Shown: positions 8,617 to 23,600 of the stretch, piece by piece
How the letters are laid out: each line of letters begins with the position of its first letter
Position numbering within the stretch: the first letter of the stretch is position 1
Assembly (NCBI GenBank): GCA_002633005.1
Contig: NMRA01000410.1
Coordinates: 1 to 64,000, forward strand
DNA from: Phoronis australis
Taxonomy: Eukaryota > Animalia > Phoronida
Length of the DNA: 64,000 bases
Direction of reading: 5' to 3'
Notes under the pieces: generated by a model
What the model saw: only the letters and a program-made list of their open reading frames with translations
The model's database searches: none
What the model was told of the DNA's origin: nothing
Position numbers and translations under genes: made by a program

Positions 8617-11600
8617 GTTTGTTTGCTTTGCTGAATCAGCTGTTTTTTACTACTTTACTAGTGCATGGAACACTGCACTTGCGAAATACCCGGTCAAAAC
8701 AAACTATGACCAGCCTCCCGTTCAGTAACACTATGACCTCGCTAAAAAGCAAGATTTCGCGGATATTGCTTTGTATTTTAAATGAGAACACGTGGCTTTG
8801 GCTAGATTTTAGCTAGGTCCTAGCGTAGGTCCTAGCATAACGCTAGGACCTAGCTAAAATATGTTAACGCCACGTGCTCTCATTTGAAATACACGGCAGT
8901 GTGTCTCGTCATCTCGCTTGTTAGCGAGGTTCTAGCGTTACTGAACGGGGGGCAGGATTGGGTTGCATAGAACTTATTGCATGAGAGTAGGTTTGTTTGG
9001 AATGTCGAGGTTATGCTTCAAAGTTCATCGTTTCATGTATGAACAGAACCCAGAAGCAGACTTTTCTGAAAGATAGAAGCCACTTTAGGCGCAAGGGGAA
9101 CAATTCTTAAAGGAATCTTAAAATTTGCTACTTATTCCTTTAAAGATTATCGTATTTGCCGTAATAACCGCCCATGCCCCTATATAAGCGCCCCCTACGC
9201 GTTTTCAGACTTTGCTGAAATAAGCGCCCAGTCCATGAACGTGTACATGCGAACAATGACGTACCTACAGTCCTAAAACTTGGCTACAGTAACGTCTTCA
9301 ATTTATCAAAAAATTTTTGCACAGGTCTTCTAGACCACCAGCTGCACTGCTACGCTTGTATTTAGCCGTGACTTTACACTTCAAAGTAACGCAGCGCTTC
9401 AAAAAGAACGCAACAGCGTTGCTACGCTCTCGCGACAACCGTGTCCCACTATGGTCTGACCTTTCAGTAGACACATCGACTGTCTCATGAATAAAAATAA
9501 CTCGGTGTTAAAGGCACGTGGCCAGGAAGCGCGCGCTACATACATGAACCTGTCATCAAAGACATTAGTCAGGAACTATCCATTCATGAAACGGATAGCA
9601 TAGCATCGATAAGAAATAAATATTGGCACTAATTCCGACAATTTCTAATACTATAAAACATGTTTGCGTTATTTTTGAGATGGATTGTTTGATTAACCAT
9701 AATTGGTGTTTTTAAGCTGAATATCTGATAAAATGACAACTGACAGTGAATGCTTACTTACACACCCTTACACCGAAAAATAACTGTCAGATAGTTACGT
9801 ACGCATCCAGCTACACGGCAACTAATATGGGCCTTACCGAGACGAATGTCGAACGTTTTTAGCATGAGACTGGCAAGTGCTGAATGAAACACGCTCTGGT
9901 TTAGGCCTACTGCTTGTACAAATTTCTTTAGACACATCTAGCTAGTTAGATTGCGTGGCTCTGGCCAAAAGACGGTCTCTGCTTTGGAAAATGAACTCTG
10001 ATGACACGCACGCGCTCGCTTACTCGCAGACAAACTTCAAAACAAACGTCACGTGACAACAACATGTGTGTTCGTCCAAATATTTTTCTCGCTGTGTTGC
10101 CGATCATACATGTAGATGGCACGATGTTGCACAGATTTGTACTTAAACTTGCCGCTAATCCAGACTCCACGGGAACTTAAAAAATCTTAGAGACGCTACT
10201 TATAAAACTTAATGAGGATTTCAGGTAATTTGCTTGAGTCGAAACCATTTTTATTCAAGCATTGAAGTCGCCATATTGAAGACGGCGATTTCGAGGTAGT
10301 CAGTCGGCGAGTTTTCGCCCTGGGATTCCAGCACAATTTTCTGTATAACGATTGTAATTTAGCAGCAAAGTTTGATAGCAATGCACCACAGTTTTGTTGA
10401 AAGTCTTTCATAGATTACATATACGTCACAGAGCATAAATTTGGTGAATCTTAGCTTCCGATTTCACCCGTTTCGGAGACCGGGTTTCAACCGCCCCACC
10501 TGAACCGAACTTTTCTAAGCGCCCTGTGCGGTTATTATGGCGAATACGGTATATTTGCTAGCCAGCCAGATAGCTGTATGACGACTGTCGTCAAAATATA
10601 TTTAATGTACAGCTTTGTACCAAGGCTATGTATTTGCGTGTTCCTACATGCATAGAAGGAACTAAACGACAATGCTATTTGAACATTGTCTACACTAAAC
10701 AAAGAGCAGTTGTATTCACTGACAACTTGTAAATGTGAAAACAAAAATTCTGCAAATAGGTGACCTTTGCAAGTTGCACTAAGTCCTACCATTGAAAGTT
10801 ACAAGGTGTATCCTGGAGGCTTAGTACATGTTGGAAGTTGTTATATATGTTGTTTGAATTGCAATTTTCAGTGGTCAGGTACGCATTATTCCCAGTGACG
10901 GTGACAGCGGAGGGGATTCGGACGATTCAGATTTCGGTATGAGGCGTAACATGCAACCACCGAAAGGTTTGTTACGAAGGTTTTCATTATAGATGGGTAT
11001 TGTTATGTTACAGTGTCAGTTTGACTTGGATGATCTAGAAACAGGCACCTGTTATAAAACTCTTTCGTGAGTGAAAGTAAAATTAAAGAGGCTTCCCCTT
11101 CGGGCTTGGTTCATTTGAAGGAAGTTACATACAGTTGAAGAAGACTACACAGTTTCTTTTTCATCTCACAGTTTAAAAGCAGCGCTTTGGCATTCTTGGT
11201 TTATAAACATTAAATGCATTTGATGATGTGAGGGGTCACGTCATATACTCCTATAACAGTAACAAGTACACGGGTGAGAAACAACATGACCGCCGGACCC
11301 AAACCGTGACCGGTCCTCCAAATCGGACCGACTCACCAAAAACAGAACCTACTGGGATCAAATGAGACCGTTGCACCAGAAAATGGGACTGACGCACCTA
11401 AAAACATGACTGCTCCACCACAAAACAGGACCGCCAGAGCCTGAAGATGACCTACGGACAAAATGTGGTTATCAATAACTGTGTGTGATACTGCGAGTTA
11501 TGATGTAACCAGCCAGCTAGCTGTATGAAGACTATCGTCAAAATACATCTTGGTACTTCTGTGTGTTGAACTCCGTGAAACCCCGTAATTTCACACAGCC

Positions 11601-14600
11601 CGCCGAGTAGTTCTGCTCGTCACCTCGTCTTGAAACTTGCATCAATATGTAGAGCTAACGACCGGCGGAGGTGCGTGCAAGATCTGAGAGTCAACCGACA
11701 CTCACTTTGCCTGTTGCGGCCGTTTAAATGAAAAACAATCTAATGAATGTCATTTTCTTGCTTAATTATTTACCTTTTGTAACAAAGAAAAGTCTGTCGT
11801 GCTCGTGACAGGCACACGTGCCATTTCCTAAAGTTTTGTGACATTTTTCGGAAGATGATAACTTAGTAGCAGCAAATTTTGTTCTGAAATTCAATTTGCT
11901 GGTATCAAAATACTAAAAACTTGAAACCAGTTCTGATTATTTGTTGTGACTTGCACACAACCTCGTAGAAGAGAAGAACAGGTGTGTGAAGAATCGGGGA
12001 AAAAGAAACTGACCAATGAAAGCCGACCCAGAAGAACGTACCTTAATTTTAGCAGCGGAACAACGACAGAACACCAATTTTTCCCAAACGCCGGTAAATA
12101 ATGTAGTTTACTCGAGAAAGTGTCGTTAGTAACACTAATTTTGTGCAGATTTTACTTCATGGTCAATTTTTTACACACACATTCTTTATGGTTTAGTACA
12201 CAGCTTTGCCCCAACAAATCTGGTTATGATCATACTTTACCTGAGAACCAGAACGCGTTTTTGACTTGACTAAAATGTCAAAGTTCAAAAGTGTGCAACA
12301 TGGTTGGTTTTTGGTTAGATTTATTAATTTTAAGTGTTGACTTTCTTTCAATTGTTTTAAGCCAAGTACCACAGCAGAGCCTGGTGAAGTAAAGCTCGAA
12401 GTGCCGCATTTTACAAAGCGAAGTGTCCTGTAGTGCACAAAAGATTTCATTGGGTTTATCAGCATAAGACCTGCATATGTAGATACCCCCATTGCATGAT
12501 CTGTGTACACTGTTAATTGACCAGTCTTAAAACTTTATTACTTAAGCCTAGTTGTCATTGAATGGAGTTGCGGTCAAGTTTCAATCTCCGGCAGTCATGT
12601 TTAGTGTCCAGCAACCCTGTTTTGTGGTGGAGTGGTCATGTTTTGAGGTGTGTCAGTCCCATTTTCTCGTGCAGCGGTCCCATTTGATTCCCGTAGGTCC
12701 TGTTATGTGGACAGTTGGTCGGATTTGGCGGACCGGAAGTCATGTTTTGGGTCCACCAGTCATGCTGTTTCTCACCCCTGAAGTATGAGTCTTGCTTTCA
12801 AGGTGTGTCTATTGTTTTAAATACAATTTTTTACCTTAAAGACCTAGCTATAATAAATAAATTTTAAAATCATGTTTGTCACTGCTTTTCTAATTCTAAA
12901 TTTCTTTATTTTCAGCAATAAGCAACCCAGACTTGTCGCAAATAGAGGTTTGTTTTATTTTTGTCTGAAAGTCTATTTATGATATTGATTCTATTCTTGA
13001 CACAGTTCAGTTAATGTTGTGAAGCGTTGTTATAACCACTTATCAATCCATTTCAGACAAAAGTCCCATTAACTACTCTTTAACTACACTTTAGGCTCTT
13101 TCCATTCTGGGCTGCTGTGGAAAGTTATTAACAGTTAATAGTAAACTATGAAATATATTGTTTTTATGTGCTGGCCTTTTTTAGATTTCGTGCTCTTCTC
13201 TCTAAGCCGATTCTTAGTATAACTAATTCATGAACAAATAAAGGCAAATGGACTTGAAACTGACAATAAGGCTGTTAGTTTATTTACTTGCTTAGACATA
13301 CGGGGAATGTCAGAGGCCCTGGATCTCATTTCCGTGATCGCGACCAAAAACACTATTCGCAGTTGTAAAATCTTGTTTCTTCCAAAAGTTAATGTGTCTT
13401 GTGTTGACAAGAATGGCATGAGACTTTAATGACTAAAATCAAGTTAAAATACACCTCAGGACAAACACTTAAATGCCTCCCCGTACCTCTCTTACTATCT
13501 GTTTCAACTTATGCCATTACTGGCACTACTGTAGATTGATACCCTTGTTATCTGCAACAACAACAGAAAATGGTGGATGGAATTCACAGAATCTGGCTTC
13601 TTTCATGAAGTTAGAGATTTCGAATGGAATTTCTGTATTTCAGTAGCAGTTAAGATATTTGTGATATTTTTGGTTTTTAGTTACCAAAAATTGAAATTGC
13701 AATTCATCCAATTTGACATATTCTTGCCCACAAATCAGTTGTCGATCATTTTGCTGCAGATATGTTCTGGGAGTTGTTCATTCTTTCTCAACTAGGCACT
13801 GATCTTTTTCTGGTTTTGAGAAAAGGTTACCATAGTATGCAGGGAGATATTGCTAAACATAACTGCAACATAGTTCTCTGGGAAGAGTCAGACAAATTTC
13901 CTAAACATTATTATTTCTCACTATGACGGAATTTCATACTTGGCAAAATGTGAAAAAACAGAATTTTATGTTTGCTGAAACGGGTTTCTTTGTTTTTGAA
14001 AGGGAAAACTATGATCTCTACATGTTTTTTTTCAAAATGTATAATTTTATTGGTTGACAATTAATACTTAGTAGGAAGTTCTTAAAGAAATTTAATCGTT
14101 GGTAACAAAGGTTACTGATTACGGTAGTTGTATTTTCTTACTAATTATTTAAGCTAATTTAGTGACCTGTGCTTAAAAGTTTAGATTTTTGAAGTTGTCT
14201 TTCCAATGTATTTCAGAAAAGTGAATTCAAGCAAGAAGTGCTGACACAGTCTGGCCAGTGCAAGACCACCAGATGTCACTTGCCTGGTATTGTACATAAG
14301 GTGGGTTGGTTTGTGGCTTTGGATAATCAGTTATCATAACTACGACAGAGTTGGGAACCATGGATTGGTAAACTGTCTGAAAGTCCATGTTTTTGTAATA
14401 GAGATAAATAGAAGATGAATCAGTCTTACCGGGATAATATGATAACAGTTACAAGAACATGAAATAGAGGAGATTTTTGATGTATTTGACACAAACGACC
14501 AAATGTTTTGGGCACTGGTTTTGTATCAGTGCTCGAAACATTTCACTGTTTTGAATAACGTAGAAAATAAATCTGAAACTAAGTAAGGGATCCAGATCCT

Positions 14601-17600
14601 TCTAAGGATACTATTGTTTCACGAAATGTAGAATATATATATATGTAAATAAAATAACAAGAATGGATCAACTGAAATTTTCGGATATAATAACATCCTT
14701 CCTCAACAGAAACAGAAATAAAATAAAATCAAACACTATATGACAGTTGACATTTAAGATGTGGCATAATGAATATGATACATCATATTCATTATGACAC
14801 ATCTTAAATGTCAAGTGACTGTATTTCTGTTTCTGTTGAGGAAGGATCTTATATCCAAAAATTTCAGTTGATCCATTCTTGTTGTAATACCTAATATATA
14901 TATTCTACTGTTTTGAATCAAATTATATGAGTAATCTCATCTATCTAATTCGAATTACATTTTTCACTCAAGTTCTTGTCAGGCCCTGTATGAATTTTAT
15001 GGAGCATTTTCAAAATCTGCAATATTGTAAATGCATTAAAATAAAAACATATATAATACAGAACGAGAAACAATTGATGCTCATACTAACATTCTCATTT
15101 GTTTTCAGAGGGAAGTTGGTCGCATGGGGAACGAATTCTGCAGCTTGAACAGTGCAGACTGTTGCCGAATTGGGGCTAGGTAAACTAGTGTGACTTTGTT
15201 TGTTCTCATGACCGCAGAGCTTAAGGCTACCGCTGATGGCAAGCTATGAACTCAGCTGTCTGCCTCAAGTGTTCGATAGCCAAGCTGACAGCACATGTTA
15301 AGGCAATACGACAACAATTGAATGAACTAACTTTGATGTGAGTTGCCAGCTCAGCTGTCGCTCACCTGAGTTAGTCAGATGAGTTTGTACCTATCTGTCT
15401 GGTGTGGCCTTTGTTTTGAGTTTTAAAACACGGGCTTCCAGTTTGAAAGTTTGGGAGATTGGTTATGTCTTACTATTAAGCAAAATAGTACTTTTTTACT
15501 TTTGTCACCAATTGTTTCTGAGACATGTTATACCAGCTTTTGTTTTTCCAGTTCAATTTAGAATAATATGCTTATTGTACTTGGTTGTGTTTATGATGTA
15601 GGACTCTTCCTATTTCAGCTTTCTGCCCAACATATCAGAGACAGTCGCTCATTACAGAAATAAAGCTTTTTGTGGCAAATATTCACAGTCAGGTGACATC
15701 TTCATGACGGCTTGTCAAGGTTTGTTTTATTAGTAGTCATGCTTTTTTGAAATTTACGACTGATTTTGTAACGGGAACAGTTGAACTGTTTTATCTGAAA
15801 GATTTTTGACACTTCTTGGTACTAGCGCATTTTTAAAGCTTAATGTCATAATCCTGTTTTTAACCAGTTTTGCTGTGTAGCCTGTTTGCTTAAAAACAGT
15901 CTGACTATGTTGTTACAGTGTTTAAAAAATCCTAACATGGTTTCATATACAGGCATATGTGACTAAGCTTATATATGTGAAGAAAGCCATTCATTGTATG
16001 TGCAGGCAGTATGTTTTTGTTTCTGTTTATGTTTTTTGTTTTGAGTGCATTTCTTTTAATTTATTAAACATTTAACATTTAGTTAAATACATGTTGAAGT
16101 CGACTGTTTTGTAATCGATAAATCAAGCTTCTTTCACAAGCTGTTTTGAAGTTATGCTCCTTGATTTTATTAAAATATTTAAAATATTGGGGTAGGATCA
16201 TAGGATCTTAATTCTCGACGCAGGCAGTTTCTATGGGCCTAAATATGCCCGTTACATGTCTACCATTACCTATTCACCATTACATGTCTACCATTACCTA
16301 TTCACCATTACATGTCCACCATTGCATGTCCACCATTGCATGTCCACCATTGCATGTCCACCATTGCATGTCCACCATTGCATGTCCACCATTACTTGTC
16401 CACCATTCCGTGTCCACCATTACGTGTCCACCATTACGTGTCCACCATTACATGTGTAGCATTACATGTCCAGCATTACGTCCACCATAACGTGTCCACC
16501 ATTATCTGCCCACTATTACGTGTTCACCATTACCTGTCCACCATTATGTGCACACACTTACCTGTCCACCATTATCTGCCCACCATTACCTGTCCACCAN
16601 NNNNNNNNNNNNNNNNNNNNNNNNNNNNNNNNNNNNNNNNNNNNNNNNNNNNNNNNNNNNNNNNNNNNNNNNNNNNNNNNNNNNNNNNNNNNNNNNNNNN
16701 NNNNNNNNNNNNNNNNNNNNNNNNNNNNNNNNNNNNNNNNNNNNNNNNNNNNNNNNNNNNNNNNNNNNNNNNNNNNNNNNNNNNNNNNNNNNNNNNNNNN
16801 NNNNNNNNNNNNNNNNNNNNNNNNNNNNNNNNNNNNNNNNNNNNNNNNNNNNNNNNNNNNNNNNNNNNNNNNNNNNNNNNNNNNNNNNNNNNNNNNNNNN
16901 NNNNNNNNNNNNNNNNNNNNNNNNNNNNNNNNNNNNNNNNNNNNNNNNNNNNNNNNNNNNNNNNNNNNNNNNNNNNNNNNNNNNNNNNGTGCCCACCATT
17001 ACGTGCCCACCATTACGTGCCCACCATTGCATGTCCATCATTACGTGCCTACCATTGCATGTCTACCATTTTAGCTGGTATGAACTCATATGAGTATGAT
17101 GATACATGATCATCATTCATAACATCAATCACGGCTCAGCAATGTGATATCATAAATTATCACTATTGATGGTGAACCTTGCATGAGAAATTCCAATGAC
17201 CGTGTCTATGAATTCATATGGATGGTATGATATTAAATGTAAATGGTTGATAGATATGGTTGACATGGATTAATACAAAAACTTTCGTGGTAAATTATGG
17301 TGAACCAAACATGCTTGTGTAGTTGGAAAGTTTTGATTTAGAAGAGTTGTAACCCTTTAGTGTGCATTTAATGAAATGATGGCACTGTTCTTGTGTGTCA
17401 TTCCAAGTTGATTGAGCTCGTGAATGCTGTCTTGCAGACCAGAACATTAGAATCTACGACACGACTCAGGGTCAGTTTCGGGAGTTTCATAAGATTAATG
17501 CACGTGATGTCGGCTGGAGTGTCATTGACACAGCCTTCAGGTAAACATTTTAATCAATGTACTGTAGTCATGACTTTTATATCGAAAAATACAAATTTAC

Positions 17601-20600
17601 GGTTGTGGGAATTTCACTGTGTACAATTGTAGAACAATGTTGTTTTAAACTGAAGCTGTTGAAAACCTGTGTTGATAGCATTTAGCCGAATGTAGGCGTT
17701 GCTCCCAAGAAATCGTGGTGGTTTAACTGGGATATTGAATATCCAAGTTCAAGTCTGTAACACTTCGGCTGTGTTTTTGTGTTTCGTTTACCATGATTTG
17801 CACAATAACCACCTTGTCATTTCCATTAAACCTTCTGTGAGAGAGTGCCATATTGCAATCATTAGAAATTGAGAAAGTACGTCATAGTGGATGTTAATTA
17901 TAAATCAATAACAGTAAAAATTCTTCACTTTGGTACACTGTACCGCAGGTACACTATATGGTGTAGAACAATGGCTATTTTGTCCCAAATTGAATCATTT
18001 TTAGCTGAAGTATCTGTAACTGTGTTGGGCACATAAATGATTCGATGGCTAGTGTCTTTCGGCTATTCTCTTATGTACAACCTATGTCATAAGGTAACCA
18101 TGGTAATTCTACGGACCATTTTTTGCGCGCAAAATTAATTGGAAAAAGTATCATCTTTCATTTGTGTGTTTACTTCACATCAAATAATGTTGTTCCATCA
18201 CCTCTTCACTTCTAACCTTGCTGGTAATAAACTATTAGTAAATTTTTCTTCATCTTTATTTTTTTTTAAGAATTTGACGAAATAGAATTTCACTTGCGGG
18301 CCGCACATTTTAAAGTTTGCTATTCCTGGTGGTATTGCTAACTGCAGGATATATGAGGGTCGTTCAATAAGTTCTCGGCCTCACCCAGAAACAACGCGAT
18401 AGCAAATAATTTTGGCTTTTATTTTTCAACATTATCTCCCGTTACATCAATGCATTTCTTCCATCTGTGCTCCAGTTTTGCAATGTCTTCGTAAAAGAAA
18501 CTTTTGTCGAGCCCCTCAAAATACTCCTCCACTGCACTCATGACGTCATCATCGCTCACATACTGGCGTCCACGCAGGTAGGCCTTCAAATTTGGAAACG
18601 AATAAAAATCAGACGGGGCCAGGTCTGGAGAATAGGCGGGGTGCGGAAGGATTTCAAAGCCACATCTAGTTGCTTCAGCCACCGCAACTTAGGCAGTATG
18701 GGCAGGTGTATTGTCTTAAAGCAACATCACTCCATCCTGAAACTTCCCACGTGTCTTTTCCTTGATTGCTTTTTTGAGTTTTTCCAAAGTGATGCATAGT
18801 AATTCCCAATAACAGTGTGTCCTCGTTGCAAGTATAACTTTTTCAAATTTGGCTACATCTTACTTTCCTAACACAAGGTGTTTTTTGACTCAGGATTTAG
18901 TAAGGTTGAGAGTGTTTCGGTTTTAGTTGAATAAGTTGACTATGTTATGTATATTACAGCCCTGATGGTCAATTTATTTGCTACTCGAGCTGGTCAGATA
19001 GCAGTGAGTATTTCTTTCTTTGCACAATCAACTGCATCCATGGCTGTCATTGTTGTACTTTGACCAAACCTAAGAGTTGGCTTGTGACTCAGTTTGATTA
19101 TAAATGCTAAAAGGAATTGGAAAAATGGCCCGTAATTTCTGTTCATGGCAGCTGAGTGCGAGTGACATTTGTCATTATACTACTCTAGTTAGAAACGTTG
19201 AAAAACTACTATTTTGCTCAAGGTGAGAACTTGTGCTAGATTTTAGAAATAGGTTCTATTGGCCGTCCCAAATTCAAGAATTTGACCAACCTCAATAAAG
19301 TCTGAAGCACTTTCTTGAATCGTCGATGATGTCAATGTTCTTTTTGTTATGGAAATAAAATGGTGTAAGGATTATTATGAGACTGATTCTATGAGAGTAA
19401 AAGGCCTTATTCAGTTTTTGTCAGCAAAATGGCAAAAAAAAACAGCTCTAATTTTACTGTCAGCATGAATTGTTTAAGTTGCATAGCCATTGTCAGGTCA
19501 ACGGATGAATGAAATACTGAACAGTTCAGACTTACAGTTGTGGTATATCACCTTTTCACCTTTGAGTGGCTGGCCATAAGGCAAAAAAATCATGTGCACA
19601 CACTTAGACATCAAGTTTACTGTTGGATATGTTAACTTGTTTTTTTCATGCGCTTATACTGTTATCTTCCCCTCAAGTCCACCTGTGTAGTATCTATGGC
19701 GACAGTGACATCCACACGGCCCTGCCCCTATGTCCTAGGACTCATAGTTTCTGCATTTTCTCGCTGGCATTCTCCCTAGACAACAGAGAGATCCTCGGAG
19801 GGTATGTAGCGTATTTGGTCATCACAAACAGAGTTTGCATATTTATTGTAGTAAGTGATCAGTGGTCTGTTAGTTAGTGCACCACATTCCTGACAATGAG
19901 ATTGTAGTGGGTTCAATCTCCAGTGGTTAGTTATTGTTCTTTGATTGGGGGTCTCTTCTCAGCTCTAAGTACTGTTTATGCATATATTTGGACTTGGCCA
20001 ACTTTGGAACATCATATCTCAGAAATCGTATGAAATTTTCTGATACTATGCTTTATGCACTGTTATTCAAAACAGTTTTTGGATTTTTTAAACTTCCATT
20101 TTTGTATCAGGGGCTATCAAAAATAGGACTTTTATGATTTTCATTAAAAACCCAAGAAATTGCGTACAACAAAAACAAAATGTTTTAGAAAACTGTAACA
20201 GCCTTTTTGAGATGTCGCCTTGAAATTTATATCAACTAAATTGATCATTATTTTATTGATGTCATTGTTTTGCTATCAACATTCCAATTTTACAGAAAAA
20301 GACATGGTCATGTAACTCAATTAATAACAGATTGGTAAAAAGTAAAAAATCTAATTTCTTCAGGCTTTCTACTTTCAGAAACTGTATACTTTTACCGAGT
20401 TAATATCTATAGTGTATCAGATACTTGGCCAAATACTCATACCTGTCAGTAAGGTCCAACATAACCTGGCTTGAAATTGTTTTTTATATGAAACCTAGTT
20501 TATGTAACGTCAGCAGACATAGCATAGGTGAATAACAATTTTTGCCTTTGTTGCTATTGTTTGCAGTAAATGTTATCTACAGTGCTATACATTATGTTAG

Positions 20601-23600
20601 CTGCAGTACAATACATTATGTTTCAGTGCTAACGATGGACATCTTTACGTGTACGACCGAGAAAAAAATGAGAGAACTTTAAAGGTATGGATGAATTATT
20701 TAGTATTGATTCAATTGATTTACTGGCTGGAAATTGTGGAAGGCTGTTATTGTAGAAGTACATTAACTTACAAAATAAACTGGAAAACTGAAATTCGTAT
20801 TTAAAGTTTTTATGCACAGAACAGAGACTAAATACCATTTCTTTTTTATCACTACATGTTTCAATTCAGCTTAAATCTGGACAGGTTTTGCTTTCAGCTC
20901 TTTGTCGAAATTCCAATAATTTGCCTTACAAGTCCATGTACAAATAAATAGTGACTATGCTCATTAATATCACATTAAACTCTGACTCGGTTCAACTAGC
21001 TTTTTTTATTAAAGCTCTTAAAGTAACATGGTTAAAAAGGATTATAGATGACAAATTAATTCAGCCTGGATATATTTTGTGGAAATCCAGTCAAATTTAC
21101 ACTGAAAAGATGTTCAATGGAGGAAACTATTGTTTTTAAAATGTTTTCCCAGTCCAAAGGGAATCCTTTTTGGAAGGATGTGTTTGTTTCAACATTTGAG
21201 TTTATTTCAATATTAAACAAGATCTAAGAACATGACAGGATACTGTCCCACCCCCTTTGGCATTACACAAAATTTCAGATTGAAGGAAAACCAATATTTT
21301 ACCCGACTTGGAATGAAAAAGTGAGATTCTTATGTGATTTATTTGACGAAAACGGAAATTTCCTGTCATACAACAGTTTGCAGACAAATTTGGTTTTAAA
21401 CCTTTTTTTACTCTTAATTGTGGATTGAAAACTTGCTTCAAATCGACTTTCTTCAGTATAACGGTTTCAAGTGCGAAAGTTTCTCAACCAGTTATCTCAC
21501 AACTTTGGCAAATTTTGGTGAAAAATTTGGAAGGTTCTCATATGATATTTTTCTGACAACTTAAGTTTACAAAACCGAAAGGATTAGAAAAGTGGGAAAA
21601 TACTTGTGATTTTGCAAGATCAATGACTGAATGGAATTGGGGTTTCCAAACTTCTGTTTCTTTGTATTTCAAATGTTTGACTCAGATGGTTTCAGATGAG
21701 AATTGTGCACAGAATTTTAGCAACTGATAACTTTTTAATGTGAATTGGTATTTCTCCAACTGAATGATGTACCTTTTATAAGAATGAACCTGAAAATTTA
21801 GAACACTGATTTCAGGATTGCACTTTCGTTAAGTCTTTTTGGGAAAGAATAGCTGGATATATCTATAGATTTTCAAACTTTTATATTTGGTAAAACTGGA
21901 AAAGCGAATGAATTGTTGAATCGTATCTTTTTATTAGCCAAAAAGCATATATACTGTAGAAAACTGAAAGTAGAACCTCCATCTATGATTCTTTGCAAAA
22001 AAAGAATTAGAAATTTATTTCACATTCGAAAAATAGATTAATATGAAAATGGATTAGAAGACCTATTTTGCCAATGATGGTCTAGTTTTTTACTCTTAAA
22101 AACGAGATGCAGACGAGAAAAGAATATTTGATTTTGGTTTATGAAATTGAGTTTTCGGTGAAATGTGTGCGTGCGTGATGTGTCATTGGCGAGTTCTGTC
22201 TGTACTCTGATATTGTCCTTTTGTTTTTGCAATAAATGTTAAAAATGTAAAAAAAAACTCTGGCTGAAGTTCATCAAAATTACCATTTTGTTGCCATAAT
22301 GAGCTGTCCATGACTAGTGTGTTGTGATTCAGTATTACTTAGCTGAGTATGACTATAATCATGCAAATGTAATATTGTAATTCTTCACTTATTTTTGGCG
22401 GAGAAGTGTAATTCTGTTTTGTCAAATTTCTTCTCAAAAATGAACATCAAGAAAATTTTAGTTGATTGCTGGCATGGTTTGTACTGCATAGATGTCATAA
22501 AGCTACTTTTGGTAAAGTTTACATTATTTGTAGCAAAGTAATCAGCTTTTGAAAAATGGAAAAAATGACATTTATGGCAAAAATTTTTGCGAAATAAGTG
22601 GATTATTACCATCTGTCACTAATATGTGATGTATTGGGGAAAGACTTTTTATCTTGTACTCCTTAGCGTGTACAGGCGAAAGTTTAAAGTCGTCATGTAC
22701 CAACTACTCACTTTCAGTTGTCAAACCAGGTGTTTTGTGTGGTGGGCCTGACTTACGTGGCCTACAAGCGTCTGATGCACTTCGAACATCAAACTGTCTT
22801 AAACTATTTTTAACCAGTAACATCTAATCACCTAGTGACTGAACTAAAATGCTGATACTGTCAATTCAGAGTCATTGAGTTCAGTCAGTCTTACGTCTCA
22901 ACAAATTATGGTAACGTGATGCTTGATGACAACTTGCGGCCTTTAAACCAATCAGATGGTTTAGTTGGTTGACCGGGTGAATCTGGCAAAGTCAATAAAG
23001 TGCAGATAATTTGTTAGTTCTTCCCAAACTCAAAAATCTTCTAAAACAAAACAAAGTTTATTAGTAAGTGTTGTTTTTCATGTTCAAAATCACCAGAAGC
23101 AGTTGCATTGAAATTTTTATGAGTAAAATTCCATGTGCTTGTGTATGTTTGGACTGTTCGTGTGAACATTGAGCTTTTAAAAGTGTACGTTCAGCCCTCT
23201 ACTTCTGATTTGTAGATTGATGCTCACGATGATGACATCAACTCTGTATCATTTGCCGATGAAAGCTCACAGATTTTGTTCAGTGGCGCTGATGACGGAC
23301 TCATAAAGGTGAGCCTTGCACTGGTATTTTGGATCCTTTTTGGATTAGTGCTTTTTTGTGTAAGTTTGAAATTGTCAAAAATGTATTTATGTTGCAGCAT
23401 ATCAGACAAAAATTCAGTTAAATGCGTGTCACACCACATGGCACATTTTTGCGCTTTGCAAATTGGTAGAGGTATCCACAGTAGTTCTTTCTGCTTAAGA
23501 TAGACAACTTGCACAATACGTTTTTTACATGATTAACTCAACGTTGAATATTCACCAGTGATAATGTTGTATTTGCTGTTTCATCAGTCATAGTGTGCCG

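Noticed and set aside
11438-11470. CTGAAGA...hammerhead-like string
   Set aside because: No GAAA box or stem III; it is part of the TIR subrepeats
16233-17109. His/Cys/Pro-rich ORFs (metal-binding protein?)
   Set aside because: Translation of a 14-bp minisatellite in all frames, extended through an N gap, inside a DCAF11 intron
19860-19930. Functional tRNA gene
   Set aside because: A/B boxes are degenerate and no acceptor stem can be formed; SINE relic at most
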